Origin: Anthoceros angustus
Lineage: Eukaryota > Plantae > Anthocerotophyta
NCBI GenBank assembly: GCA_010909165.1
Contig: MU008172.1
Coordinates: 124,001 to 188,000 of the forward strand
Length of the DNA: 64,000 bases
Reading direction: 5' to 3'
Of this stretch, positions 24,589 to 36,854 are shown in pieces. Both the position numbers and the translations under genes were made by a program. Each line of letters opens with the position of its first letter. Position 1 is the first letter of the stretch. The notes below the pieces were generated by a model. It was given only the letters and a program-made list of their open reading frames with translations, made no database searches and had not been told where the DNA came from.

Positions 24589-24862
24589 CGGCCATTCTCG
24601 GCCTTAGATGTGTAAATCCACAACTTGCCAGGCAGCACAGCAGGCCATTCTCGCAGGCAGAACAGCAGGCCATTCTCGGCCTTAGATGTGTAAATCTACA
24701 ACTTGCCAGGCAGCACAGCAGGCCATTCTCGCAGGCAGAACAGCAGGCCATTCTCGGCCTTAGATGTGTAAATCCACAACTTGCCAGGCAGCACAGCAGG
24801 CCATTCTCGCAGGCAGAACAGCAGGCCATTCTCGGCCTTAGATATGTAAATCCACAACTTGC
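24589..24862 (+). repeat. 78-bp minisatellite, 3.5 copies
   Basis: Units start at 24591, 24669, 24747 and 24825 and are almost identical. Each contains the sub-repeat CAGCAGGCCATTCTCG twice. Confidence 0.95.
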
Positions 24863-25759
24863 TGATCGAGCAGATGGAGAGTACTCTCACGTCACCTCAT
24901 ACATGCACAAAATCCCGTCACAAAACCAGACCTGAAAGAGATGATGAGACCCGTTGTGATCATATTCCGCAATCCTTTGCCTAATGCTGCATTTGGCAAA
25001 TTTGTTGCCCGTTGCGTGGCTTTTGTTTATCATCTGATATCGTCGAATAAAACCACAACCATTTCTTCATATCCGAAATCTGCTTGGATAAGACCTCCGC
25101 CCAAGAGCAAGAATCCAGCTGCACAGTTGCACAGGAGCCATGTGTTGTGCACCAGCAGTCTGCGCCCGGACCGCTCCGTTTGCAAACTCATGTCCAGGTC
25201 AATCTACGTCACGAGAATTACACCCACTGTATTTGTGTGGGCTGCAAACAAGGCCCGCGAATTGCACATTCGAAAATGGAACTAAAATGGTCCGGCTGTA
25301 AGGGGGAAGCTGGACCTACTGGCCTGGACAGGAAAGTCGGCATCCTCACCCTGAAGAACTGCCACAAAGCTTGGCGAGACGAGGGCCCGCTCATCGTGAT
25401 GGAGTTGAAGCCAGGCTCAACGTTGTTGTAAGCAAAGAGGCCGTCGTGTAGGTTAACCGAAACACCGAAAGCCTACAAATGGATTAAGCAAAACAAGTGT
25501 GCCCGATCGCAAGCCCTGCCGCTGAAGGCCACGATGTCTGGCCGGCGAGCTGCGTGTCCGCCTTAAATTCAACACCGCACAAATGAAAGGCAGAGTGTTG
25601 TCCGAGGCAACCCCGAGAGGGCAGGAGGGCAGGCGAGCGGCAGGTGCATGCATGGAGGGCAGGAAGGGAAGGAGACACGAGGGCAATGAGAGACCGCCAC
25701 GGCAACATGGCACCTGTCACCCCCAGACTTGGCTTTTCACTCCCGCCCCGTTATCTGCT

Positions 25760-25765
25760 GTCGGC
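25760..25765 (-). promoter_or_regulatory. DRE/CRT core (GCCGAC) upstream of the LEA gene
   Basis: GTCGGC lies about 165 nt upstream of the LEA ATG. A CE3-like GCGTGTC is at about 25552. Short motifs like these can occur by chance. Confidence 0.3.
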
Positions 25766-25928
25766 GCAGTAGAAAAGCCGTTACCGCGGCAGTCCAGGCA
25801 TCAAGTTTCTTTACTCTTCACGACCCGAACCTGCTCGCCTGTCTCTTTTAGCTTCCGCTTCACGACCCACTGCGATCAGCCTCGAGACGAGGCATCCCGT
25901 CTCACACATTTCTTCTTCACTTCCGGCA

Positions 25929-26543
25929 ATGGCAGCTGCAAGCGTGGCAGCTATGGCGTCCGCGGTCGCCACCCCGTCCGCCTTGTCGGTGCGGTCGCCC
26001 GCCGTGAGCGGGAGCGCGCGTCTGCAGAGCTCGAGCGCGAGCCTGGCGGGGCTGCGGATGCGGTTGCTGCACCGGGCAGCTGCCCCGGCCGTCCGCTTGG
26101 CGCCGACTGTGCTGGTGCGCTGCGAGGACGATCCCAGCGGCATTCTCGACAAGGCGCAGGAAGCGGCCGGAAACGTGAGCAACAAGGTGAAGGGAGCGGC
26201 GCAGCAGGCGAGCGATTTCGTGCAAGGCAAGTCGGGCGAGGCCAAGGAGCAGGCGCAGGGCGCGGGGCATGAGCTGCGCTCCCGCACCGACGACGCGCTG
26301 TCTCAGGGCCAGAGCCACGCCGAGGGCTTGAAGTCCCAGGCGCAGGGCAACGCGTCCGGGCTGGGCAAGCAGGCCGAGGGCCTCAAGGAGCAGGTGAAGG
26401 GCGGGCTGGACCAGGCCAAAGACAGCATCACCGGCGCGGGCCAGGAGGCGCAGGCCGGCTCCACTGTCAAGTCCAACCTGGACGACCTGTCCAAGAACGC
26501 GCAAAACACCGCCGACGACGCCAATCGCCGCATCCAGCAATGA
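25929..26543 (+). CDS. Late embryogenesis abundant (group 3/LEA_4-like) protein with plastid transit peptide, 204 aa
   Basis: Ser/Ala/Arg-rich transit peptide ending VLVRC-E. It is followed by a hydrophilic A/Q/K/E/G-rich region with about 11-mer periodicity (DKAQEAAGNVS, GAAQQASDFVQ, GEAKEQAQGAG). GC-rich codon usage. Confidence 0.85.
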   Translation: MAAASVAAMASAVATPSALSVRSPAVSGSARLQSSSASLAGLRMRLLHRAAAPAVRLAPTVLVRCEDDPSGILDKAQEAAGNVSNKVKGAAQQASDFVQGKSGEAKEQAQGAGHELRSRTDDALSQGQSHAEGLKSQAQGNASGLGKQAEGLKEQVKGGLDQAKDSITGAGQEAQAGSTVKSNLDDLSKNAQNTADDANRRIQQ

Positions 26544-27395
26544 GCGCTCCCCTTCCAGCATGTTGGCTGCCGTTTTTGTTTGTACAGTAGGAGATTGTGT
26601 GCGCAGGGCAACCCAACCGGCCCTTCACAAGGACACGGGAGAATCGTTCAGATTCGGGCAGATAGACTGAATGGTCAAACGATCCTCACTGCAACATTTT
26701 CTCACTGCTGTTGAAGAAAATGTGAAGCATGAAGAGCGCTTGATAGGGCAGTTCTGCTGATCACCAGCACCTGCGGGGACCTCCAGTGAATCCTCAGGAG
26801 ATGGTTGTGCTCTAGAACAGTGCAGGGTTAGCAAGCATTCATTCATTCTGTCCATACTTTGGATTAGGAGTAGGAAGTCAAGCACCCCGGGTGGAAATGA
26901 CATCCGAGAATGACAAGTGTGAATAGTAAAACGACAATGAGGTTGCTGATTCGAACTGTCGAAAGGGTGTCTGCCTGTTGTTCAAACGTACGCTCCCTGG
27001 CCTGTGAGCTGCGGATGTATTGATCAAACAAGGTCACGCATAAGAAAGCGAGGATGCATCTAGAAACCCAAATCTCTGCCGGCACCCACCCGGGGACTGG
27101 TTTCATACACGGCCCTTGGATAAGATGCAAAGATTGTGATTTGTCCACCTCATCATCTTCCTTCCACATATGTATAAGCCCGTCACAAAATGAGACCTGA
27201 AACAGGTAAGAGACATAAAAGAATGAAGTCATTTACACGTCGTTGTAACCACCCTTGTCCTTCGATTTTCGGGAGAGTACCAACGGCAAGGAAAAGTTTA
27301 CTTTATCCACGAGGAGGAGAAGAAGAAAATTTTATTTAAGTCGCGTAATGATAGAGAATTTTGTAATTAAAACCATGTCAATTATTGTCAGCATA

Positions 27396-27419
27396 TCCAT
27401 TGTAGTCTAGACGGTTAGG
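27396..27419 (+). tRNA. 5' fragment of a tRNA-Glu gene, cut at the LINE 5' junction
   Basis: TCCATTGTAGTCTAGACGGTTAGG. It shares TTGTAGTCTAGACG with the pseudogene at 24469. Confidence 0.65.
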
Positions 27420-30243
27420 GATCCCCCGTTGGCCGGACAGCGCAGGTAATTCTTTCTTCAGCAGCGATAGTTCCTCTTCTAGCAGGTTGGATTATGTTAT
27501 TGGTGACATCGGCCTTCTCTCGCGTATTTCAAGGCTCTGGACTCTGGACTCCACATGTTTGGAGTCTGACCATGCTGCTGATTGTTTTGATCTTTGTTCC
27601 TCCGCCCCCCCTCAGGATCACCCTCCCCCCTCCCACTGTCTCTCCACCAGATTCACGTTTCCACAAGACCTTGTACCCCAATTTTCCAGCTTGCTCCGCT
27701 CCTCCTTGCTTCCATTCCCCACCCTCCCTTTTCTTGTTGCCACTTAGCCTCTGCTGTTCTAACCTCTGCCACTCCACTTTCCTTTCAAATTTTGCCATCC
27801 TCCCCCTGCAAACCAACCCCCGCCATCCTCGGTTTGATGCGGATTGTAAGCGCATGCGCTCTCAATTGCATCTCACTTTGCGCCAACTTAATCTCCTCCC
27901 CGGATCCCATCATTCCGCTCTTTACAAAGCCACTGTCAAGCCTTACAAAGCCTTCATCTCCATGAAAAGTCCCAATTCATCCAAGCTGAACACACCCGTC
28001 TTATCTCTCTGCTTCGAACGTCCCCCGGTGGCTCTGCCTTTTGGAAGGAATTCCACACCCGCTCACCCATTCTTCTCAAAGCCACTCCTGAACTCCTCTC
28101 CTATGTTCATAGTCTTTACCACATCCCTCCGCCTCCACCTTTGATTCCTCGATCACGGTCTCGGGTTTTCACGCCAATCTCGTTGCCCGTGCTATCAGGG
28201 CTCGGAGTGGTCGACTCGACCCTAATGGTATCCCCGGGATTTATTCCGGTTCTTGACTCTACCTCCTTCTCCTCGCATCTTGCCTCTCTGCTTAATGATG
28301 CTTTGTCTTTCTTCACGATCCTTGGTGTGAGAATGATATCCACTCCATTCTCAAAATGGCGACCCTTATCTCCCTTCTAATTACCGATTTATCACCGTGG
28401 AGTCTATCTATGCTAAGATCTTTAGCTCTAGTTTGGAGATCTTGACTACTTCACAGGTGAGGAGGCTAAGGTGCGTGCTCGGGGCCAAGCCGGTTTCCGG
28501 TCGAATACTTTGGATCATCTTTTACCCTCGGCTATTGTTGAAGGGGCTCGACATCGAAGAAGCTCTATTGTTTTGTTGACTTTAAGCGTGCTTTCAACTC
28601 ATGCCTTGGGATAAGTTGTTTGAGACTTCAATCTCTTAAGATGCCTCCTCATTTGTGGCATCTGCTACCCTTCTCTACAAAGGGTCTTTGCTCGAATCAA
28701 GACTCCCGTGGTTTGTCTTCCCACGGATCCCTATCCAACTTGGCGTTCGCGAGGCGACCTTTGTCCCCAAATCTCTTTGGGTTGTATATTGATGAGCTTG
28801 AGGAATGGCTTCTTGATCTGGCGACCACGGTGCTCGGCTATTTCGAAAGTATTCCTATCCTCCTATATGGATGATATTGTTCTTTTATCTCATTCCGAGG
28901 GCCTGCAAAGCAATCGGATGTTTTATCCCTTTTTGTAAAACCAAGGGTCTCTTTGTCAATCACAGCAAGACCAAGATTATGCGGTTCAACACTCGGGATT
29001 ACAAGGGTGATTGCAAATTTTATTATGATGGTCGGAGGTGGAGATGGTTCGATCCTATACTTATCTGGTATCACTATTTTCGGTCCTAAATTTAATTGGA
29101 CCTCCTCTCGCCTCCTCCGCTACCAAGGGATGGGCTCATGCTTTGCGCCGTTCTTTTATCTGAGGATGAATCTTGAGGATATCAATCTTGGAAGCACTGC
29201 TCAACACTATGGTAATTCCCTCCGCCTTGTATGGCGCTGAAATTTGGGGCCGGATCTTTCCTTCTTCTTGGGCGAAGGTGGAAAGGGTTCAATCTTCCTT
29301 TCTCCGCTCACATTGCTTGGCGTTCAACTCCATTACCCATCCTCCTTTACGAATTTGCAGCCTTTCCCCTCGAACTTGATGGCCTTTTTCGCCTCTCATC
29401 CTTTCTTTACCGCCTCCACCTCCTTGATATTGCTAATCCCATTTTGGATCCCCCTTACCTCCTCCTTGCCTTTAGGTCCTCCCGCTCGCTCTGGCTCAAT
29501 ACTGACCCACAAGCTTCTTTTTGCTGGCTTTCTCAAGCTGCCAACTGGCTTAGAAGATTCGAGTTTGAACCTTTTCGACTCGCTTGGCCCTCTCCTCCTC
29601 CCAACTCCCCTTTCTCACATCCCCCAACCACTCCATTCATAGGCCCTTAAATTAAGATACCTTCGCCTCACTGGTCCCCTCTTTCCTTTTCCCCTCTCAC
29701 TTCTAGACTCCGCTTTTACAAAGACGAGCTCCGAGTTAATCCTCCTCCGTAAATTTCCTACCCCCCGCTACCTCGGTTCCCCTTTCCTTCAAACTCCGCA
29801 CACTCATAGGTCAATTCGTGTTAGCTCCCACCACCTCCGGATTGAGACCACCGCTGGCTCAAGCCTACCCTCCCAAGACGATAGGATCTGCAAGCTTTGC
29901 TCCTTGGATCCCGAATCAATCACACTTCCTCTTTTATTGTCCCGCCTATGCCGATATTCGGTCTCGTTACTCTCTTCTTTTGAATGTGCGGCTTCCGCAG
30001 ATTTTTCTCTTTCCACATTCCTAGGCTCTGGACTATGTCTCTCGAGCTTCTTGATCTTGGCGGTCCTTGTTGGACTCCTTGTAGTCTTTGCCTTCTTTTA
30101 CCTTCCCTCATCAGTCTTGCTTCTCTAGTTCAGACGTGCGTAAGTGTACTCGGTTTTTAAACCTCTTTTATGCTGTACTATCTCTGTCCCATGATGGTTC
30201 TTCCATCCTTTGTGGACATAAATAAAGTTGTTGTTGTTGTTGT
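27420..30243 (+). mobile_element. 5'-truncated non-LTR retrotransposon (LINE; APE-RT with C-terminal CCHC finger, RTE/RTEX-like) ending in (GTT)n
   Basis: APE end SRLDYVIG...SDH; RT pieces PLSPNLFGLYIDELE, LY.DDIVLL and IPSALYGAEIWG. C-terminus (clearer in the second copy): FRVSSHHLRIETDRW...ICKLCSLDPESESHFLFYCPAY. Ends AATAAA(GTT)n. Many frameshifts. Confidence 0.9.
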
Positions 30244-31031
30244 TGTTGGGAAAAAGGTTTAGTAATGAATAGGTTTAGGTTACCGGGGTTTATACAACCC
30301 TAACTCAAGAGACACAATTTTGTTCTTATATACTCTTGTTTAACATTAATTGCATTGTATCATTTTACAAAATATCAGCTTCCCCTAGTTTAACATGGTA
30401 TCAGAGCATACTATTTAATGACTTGTGATCAGGTTCATACGAATTATTCTAGCACACAATGTGCAATTGTCATGATAGACTTTTGCAGAATTCTGTGCCG
30501 GAGCAAATCGTATAAACCTGCATTCTAAGTCAGTGTTTGCGAAGTTTACAAATAGAGAAATATGTCTATACTACTTTGCAAATGATCCTGATAATTGGTT
30601 GCAATGGCTCGAGGACTTGGAGGACATAGGCATCGCGAAGTTCTCCACCCTCAGCCTGAAATTGCTCTAGAAGGAGTCCTCCAGGAGGCCTCCACCACCA
30701 CCGAGGAGGAGGCGCCTCCACCGTCGGCATGGTGGACTTGAGAGGGCGCATCGCGAATTGCAAACTAACAACATTCGTGAGGAGTTCTAGTCCTCAGGCC
30801 TACTACGTTAGACAATCTGAAAAATCAGAAAGGAATTCTGGAATTCAAAGGAATTCATATCCAGCTGCTGCTCAGCAGCCCCCAAGTCTAAATTTTGCTA
30901 ATCTCTCCCTAACGTATATTACCTTGGTGGGTAGGATCAATTCGTTTGAGGCTATCTTCCTGGACAAATTTGCAAGACTTGAAGAGCACTATTTGACATC
31001 TTTGCGCCGTTTGTTACTTTCGAGCCCTTGC
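30244..31031 (+). mobile_element. Ty1/Copia 5' LTR (30244-30395), PBS and leader
   Basis: TGTTG...TAACA followed by TGGTATCAGAGC (30396-30407, tRNA-iMet PBS). The leader recurs at 45536-46500, 46620-47290 and 47835-48175. Confidence 0.85.
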
Positions 31032-31039
31032 ACTGAGGC

Positions 31040-32201
31040 CATGTGAGAGCAAGGCCGCTTGATCTAACAAATCCGCTTGGGCGGATCGCCGATGGTCGGC
31101 TCCTGCAAATCCACATTGTGGCGGCCCCGCGCGGCGCCATCCCATGTCGAGCACTTTCCTCCCCAGCAGGTGCGCACCCTCACCAATTCGGCGGCATCCA
31201 CCTCTGTTGCCAGTGGAGTCCCCTTGAAAATCTCTTCCCATGCTGAGGAGGGGTCCGCTTCTGAGGTCAGCCCTAATCCCTCCGGGGTTGGTTCATCATC
31301 TGCATCCAGGTCAGCAAAATTGTCTTCCTCGGATCGCGCCTCCTCTTCCGCCACCTCAATCTGCCGTTTGGCCTTCATTTTCTGCCTTGGCGCCCGATCG
31401 ACACGGTGGCCAGCGCGTCCACTTCACCTTTTTTATTTGAGGGCCTTCCACCCCGGTCTTCCTCTTTTTGCTGGTAGAAATTTCCTTCTCTTCCTCAGAA
31501 CTGCCTGTCGCCACGGACTCCCAGCTATCCGATTTCTCCTCGATTTCCTCCTTGGGCTCCTCCGCCTTCCATTTCACCTCCTAGCTTCCCACATGTGAAG
31601 GAGGCCACAATTCCACCTCTGGGCGGGCGGTTAGCATGCGCATAAGATGGACGAAATGGTGAAATTAGAGAGGTCGGGGTAGGAGAAATCGAGTTCAACC
31701 TCTCTTCACACAACATCGAGAGAATTAGGTCCCAATCGATTTTCGCCCCTTGACCTTCATGGAGGAGCAATGACAGAGTGGTCGGACAAATAATCCACTT
31801 CTTGTCTGCGAGAAACATAGGAACCATCTGGCGGACCCATCAAGCTGCGCATTGCCAAATCCGCGTCGGCCGGCCGTTGGGTTCCGGTCGCCCGCCTTAA
31901 CCGGGCGGCTGCTTCTTCTTTGCTCCTTTTAGGACGGTTCCATCGCAAACCACACTGCCTCCTCCTTCTGCGCCCATACACTCTCTAACCAATTCAGTCC
32001 CAATCCTGCGGCTTCGCTCTAATTCCCTCGCTTGGTCCTTCCGGTGGCGCACACTCTACACCGACCCAAGTTCATGTAATTCCACCATTCCTCCATGAAG
32101 CCAAGCCCCAGCTCCTTCACCAATTCCCCAGCTCGGACTTTCCAATGATCCATGTTTGGCCATTGAGCAAGCACAATCTCAGCTGTGACCTTGGGCGCCA
32201 T
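31040..32201 (-). mobile_element. Frameshifted transposon-associated ORF remnant of unknown family
   Basis: Consecutive minus-strand pieces: MAPKVTAEIVLAQWPNMDHWKV..LGLGFMEEWW, LSLLLHEGQGAKIDWDLILSML, and an acidic/KKRK tail. It lies among retroelements. Confidence 0.4.
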
Positions 32202-33099
32202 CCCTCCACAGCAGTCCCCCGGTCTCGCGCCTCAAATCAGTGACACCGCGCGAATTACAGGGGTCGGTCTCAGTTCCTACCTCTCCTCGGCCCGCGCCGC
32301 CGCCCGTAGCGCCTTCCTCCTCTAGCGTCGCGACTCGCGATGTCGCTGATGGGGGTTCGGAGCTCCTTCCCTTCGTGGGTGCGCCTCGCGCCCTCCTGCA
32401 GATCGCAATGTCCCCAGACGCAGCTCCTCGACTTCGTCGCGCTCCAGCCGTCGTTGCGCTCCGCTGCTCGCTCCCGCCCCAGCCGCCGTTGCGCTCCGTT
32501 GTGAACGGACTTCTGTTACTTCCTAGGGTTAAGTTCCCCAGGTTCCCCTACCTGATGACCTCTCACGCTCGCTCCACACCCCAATCCACAACCCCACACT
32601 CGTTCGACTAGATCGGTTGACTCAAGCCTATAGACCTATCACTCCCTAATTATACCAACCCCTACCTCACATATATAGACCTTTTAGTGGACATCCCAAG
32701 TCCATGGGCCAAGGAACATCGAGTTCCGGACCCTTATTATCTAACCTAAAATAAAACAAGGAAAAAAAAACCATAGGCCAAGGGCGTTTCTTTTATAAAT
32801 ACCTTTGCCTCATCATCTTGACTTATTTTCACACCACACTTGACCAAAAAACAAAAAAAACACTTCAAGGCATCCCAACAAGGGGTTTCCGAGTCGGATC
32901 GTTTACATGTACGAGTCGAAGGTATACAAAAGCCATCCAAAACCATGTTTTCTGATTTCATTAAAAAAAAACCCCTAAACCTAGGAGCAAATCATAGAGG
33001 ATCTGTTTTCCGTGTATTTGTATGTCCTCATCTCATATTAGTTTGGCTAACCAGCGGGTACATTGCCTATAAGCGGTTTTGAAAATCGAGGCAACTTTG

Positions 33100-36000
33100 T
33101 ATGGACAACAAAAATAGCAATGGAAAATCCACATGTGTTGAGTCGGTGTCCACCGTCATCATGGTCACCCTCTACATTAGTGGGGAGGTCGTGTGGTATT
33201 GGGGCGTTATAAACCTTGCATCTCACCGCCCAATGTCGGTAGCGGGGTGGAGGAAGATTGGACTATCTACCGCTCATGTACGTACACCGAGCGACCCCGT
33301 CTGGAATCGTTTGGAAGTGGCTTGCCCTGCCAGAATATTGCATGCGATGGAGACCTCACCTCCGTGACCCGACTCTTGAAGCGAGAATTCCACATGGGCG
33401 ATGGAAATTGGAAGTTGACCGCGGTGGTGGCAATCACAACATGGGCGGGTTCCTTTCAAGCACGCTGGAGTGATCCGGCTGCTTCATTGCTTGGTCCTTA
33501 AGGAATTTACGGTTGAGGCGGGGGCGCGGTCTGACTTGCGTGTTGATCAACACTGGATTCCACTCACGGGGTTGGAGGCGGTGTAGAATGGAGGGAGGCA
33601 AAGGGCACGACATGTCCAGTGTACTTCTGGTGGTCAAGGATAAAATTGGAGAAAGTCATCTTTACATGTGTACCGAGGTGTTAGTGCGGCTATCTGTGAA
33701 AGCGATTGATTGAACATCGTGTTTGAGTTGGATTGTCACATGACATCCATTGTCATCTTATACACGGTTTACAACATACGATCTTCCCTAGCGAGGAGAT
33801 TAGGAGCAGATTTGGTGATTGTATTGATGCACTGCTGCACATGCGAATGGGCGCCGCCGCGCTTCTTTGAAATCGGTCCGTTGTTTATGAAATCCATACC
33901 TTGCACGGCGTGAACGAGCGCCCTGATCTCGCTCATCAAATACCCGGCGTCAATCTGCTTGAACACATTCTCCGGAATCGTCACCACTCCCATGCTTCGG
34001 CTTGTGCTCCACCAGTGTTCGTTGTCTAGAGTGCCTCCGGGGACCTTGCCGCTGATGTGTTTGTTGTGTTCATAGCACTTGCATGCACGTTCTACCAAAG
34101 TGCGGATACCACCGGTATCCGGTGCTTAAGACCACGGTTCCTCCTACCGAATCCTCGAAACAAACACGTAGCCTATCCACGCATACGACACACCTCGATC
34201 ACATGGAGCAAAGTTTTCCAATCCTACATCCCCCACCATCGGGTCATCAAACCCGGAGGGGCTCTTGCCTCCTTCACTTCGCTCCGCATCCCAAGGACCA
34301 TTGAGTTGTCGCTGCTTTGCTTCACCACATGCCATATGACCCTTGGTCTCGGGCTTCCTCGTTGGTCTACCTTCAGACACATATGAACCCGGGCACCCGA
34401 CCATGTTGTTCACCATGGGCTCCTTATTGAGCGTCTTTCCGCCTCCATAGCGGGGCTCCTCGCCCACCTCCTCCTCTTGAGTCGGTCCATGGAATTGATT
34501 CGAAGATCCATGAATTGGCGCACTGGGATCCACATCAAGAAATGACATTACGGCATAAGCGAACAGTGCTATCATGCAGGCCGATCCTGCGCGTCCGCAC
34601 CCAATCTCCCTCTCGTCTGGTGAATCAACCTCTTCAAGTCTTAGGGGCTTGATGAGGAAACAACCCGATCATCTGCGGTGTTGTAACACAATTTTAGTTC
34701 CCTCGGCAAACAAAGTTGTCACTCCACCGCCAAGTTGCGTCGGTTCTCTGAGTACAAACGATTGAGGCACACAATCCTTATCCAAGCTCCTTGCGGCGCA
34801 AGTGAAAAAGTCCCCATCGTCTGACTGTCCTCGACAATCTTTGTCACATTGGTTTATACGGTAACATGTCATCATAGCACCCCTAAGGAGCACATATTTA
34901 AGGCCGGATCTTGGAAGGCGGATGGAGGGAGTAGCGTGCCTTGATATCGACCACATCGAGGATGTTGATGACCATCGTGAGCGACTCCAAGCGGAAAAAC
35001 CCGGCAAGGTGGGATCTTTGGCAACATGGTGAACATGGCCGGTTTGTAGAAACCTCGATCGTATGCTTTGTTGATACCTCAGGCTTGGATCTAGATCTAA
35101 TCAGGAAGTATGACCAAGATTTACCAAAGCGCGAGTTTGAAGGGGTCATCATGGTTCAAAGGCATCACCACATCCTAGGTATTTCGTATTGTGGTCTTCC
35201 ATTCTTGGATGACACATCTATGGTGAGAAGTCTTGATGGGCGTGTAGGTGCTATGTGACATGTTCGGCATAAAACCAATGTGACGGCATTACCGGAGGGC
35301 GGTCATGCGATGCAGACTTTTCACTTGCTTGAAGAGCTTGGATAAATTGTGTGCCTCAATCGTTTGTACTTAAGAACCGGCAAGCGCAACTTGGCGGTGG
35401 GGTGACTTTGTTTGCCAGCGGTGGAACTAAAATTGTGTTACAACACTGCAGGATGATCGGGTTGTTCTATCGAAGCCCCTAAGACTCTTGAAGTTGATTG
35501 ACGATGAGGAGATTAGGTCTTTGGGCCAGGTCGCGGATGGATCGATATGATATTGTTGTGATTATCTATCATTTCTGTTGATGTGGATCCCAAATCAATT
35601 CATGGATCTTGATCAATTCCATGGTAGGGCACCCCACTCAAGGCAAGTGTTGGCGCTGAGACATGAAAGACACAACCACTCAAATGCAACCGGACGTTCT
35701 CTTTGTTCGAATGTACGTGTTAAGGCCTCCACTTTCCATGACTTATAAGGACAAGAAGCGGCAAGAACTACGATTTGGGTATAGCTAAGTGTTCATCGAG
35801 GGTGACCCAGTTTTGAAGGCGGTGGAAGTTACTAATTTGATTCACCATGCGATGTCGGGATATCGTTCGAACCTCTTCAAATGTCTCACGCAAATGCTTG
35901 GCGATGTAACATGGATGAGGTTGAGTTTTTTGGCCTTGTCCACCCACACGAACATTTGTTTCAATGTCAATTCTCCAACCAGGACTTTCATGCATGTTGT

Positions 36001-36854
36001 CTTCAAGTTGTTGTTCCAGTGATTCGATGCCACAAACTTCCATACCCTCACCTTTATACTAAGCTCCTTTGTGTCAATGACCAAGTTTGCTCTAACCATG
36101 TTGTTGTCTTCCTTGAATTCCTGCGGGCCTTATTTGTTTGGTGTGAGCCCGAGCCTCCACCTCGAACTGCTTGTCTCCCACTTCTCAAAGATTTCATCCA
36201 CGTACTTCCACACCTCATCATCAACCTCGCAACACAATAATCCGATGTCCGGTTGTCCACGAGGCGGTGATAAGCGACCTTAGGTCCATGCTTGGTCGCA
36301 TCCCACTTAGGAACCACCGCCGGGCATATATCTCCAACTTCGGTCTAAGTCACACTTCACCCATATTCTTTGGCCTTCATCTCGATTCGATGTACCTCAC
36401 AGTCGATGAAAGTAAAAAATCTTCGGCATCCAATGGTGTTGTGATCGATGGCAACTAACCTCATCTCCTCATTTGTGAGGCCGGCAAGAACATATGCATC
36501 CATCCACTGTACTCTTGAACCAATGGATACAAGTCGGCTAGTCTAGATCTGGTCTGGAAGGAATGATTCCCTCGCAATACATAAAATTTGTACACCCCAA
36601 TCCACCTTATCCATGTCAAAGAAGTTCTTGTTGGGACCTTTGGGGCCGGGTCTACAATGACAATCATGGGCAACACACCACGTGGAATGCTTCATCTTTT
36701 GCATCAAAGCCTCCACCCAAGCCAGTCTAGCTTACGTACCTTTGCCAACAAAGTTCTTAAAGGTCTACAACTGATGGATGCCTTTAACGTGGACTCCAAT
36801 ACTCTCTTTCCCGCAATTGCCTCTCTCGCAACATCTCTTGACCTCTCGGCCCTC
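33100..36854. mobile_element. Heavily degraded Ty3/Gypsy pol fragments in both orientations
   Basis: Plus strand from about 34000: APPVFVV..G.L...HRYPV (RT start), then DDHR and KPGK (RNase H-like). Minus strand 36854-35340 carries gag/PR/RT remnants continuous with 41387-41515. 34490-34790 and 35340-35640 are inverted copies. Confidence 0.6.

Noticed and set aside
24521-24829. Cys-rich 26-aa repeat ORF (MACCSACENGLLCCLASC...) resembling a metallothionein
   Set aside because: It is simply the translation of a 78-bp (multiple of 3) minisatellite. There is no signal peptide or other gene evidence.
24589-24862. CRISPR-like appearance of the 78-bp array (also the repeats at 20394-20632)
   Set aside because: The units are identical with no unique spacers, there are no cas genes, and the context is eukaryotic.
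26625-27232. Minus-strand ORFs downstream of the LEA gene
   Set aside because: No motifs, and the composition fits intergenic or UTR sequence.
30227-30247. (GTT)n tract as a telomere-like or independent microsatellite
   Set aside because: It follows AATAAA at the LINE 3' end in both copies, so it is the element's tail.
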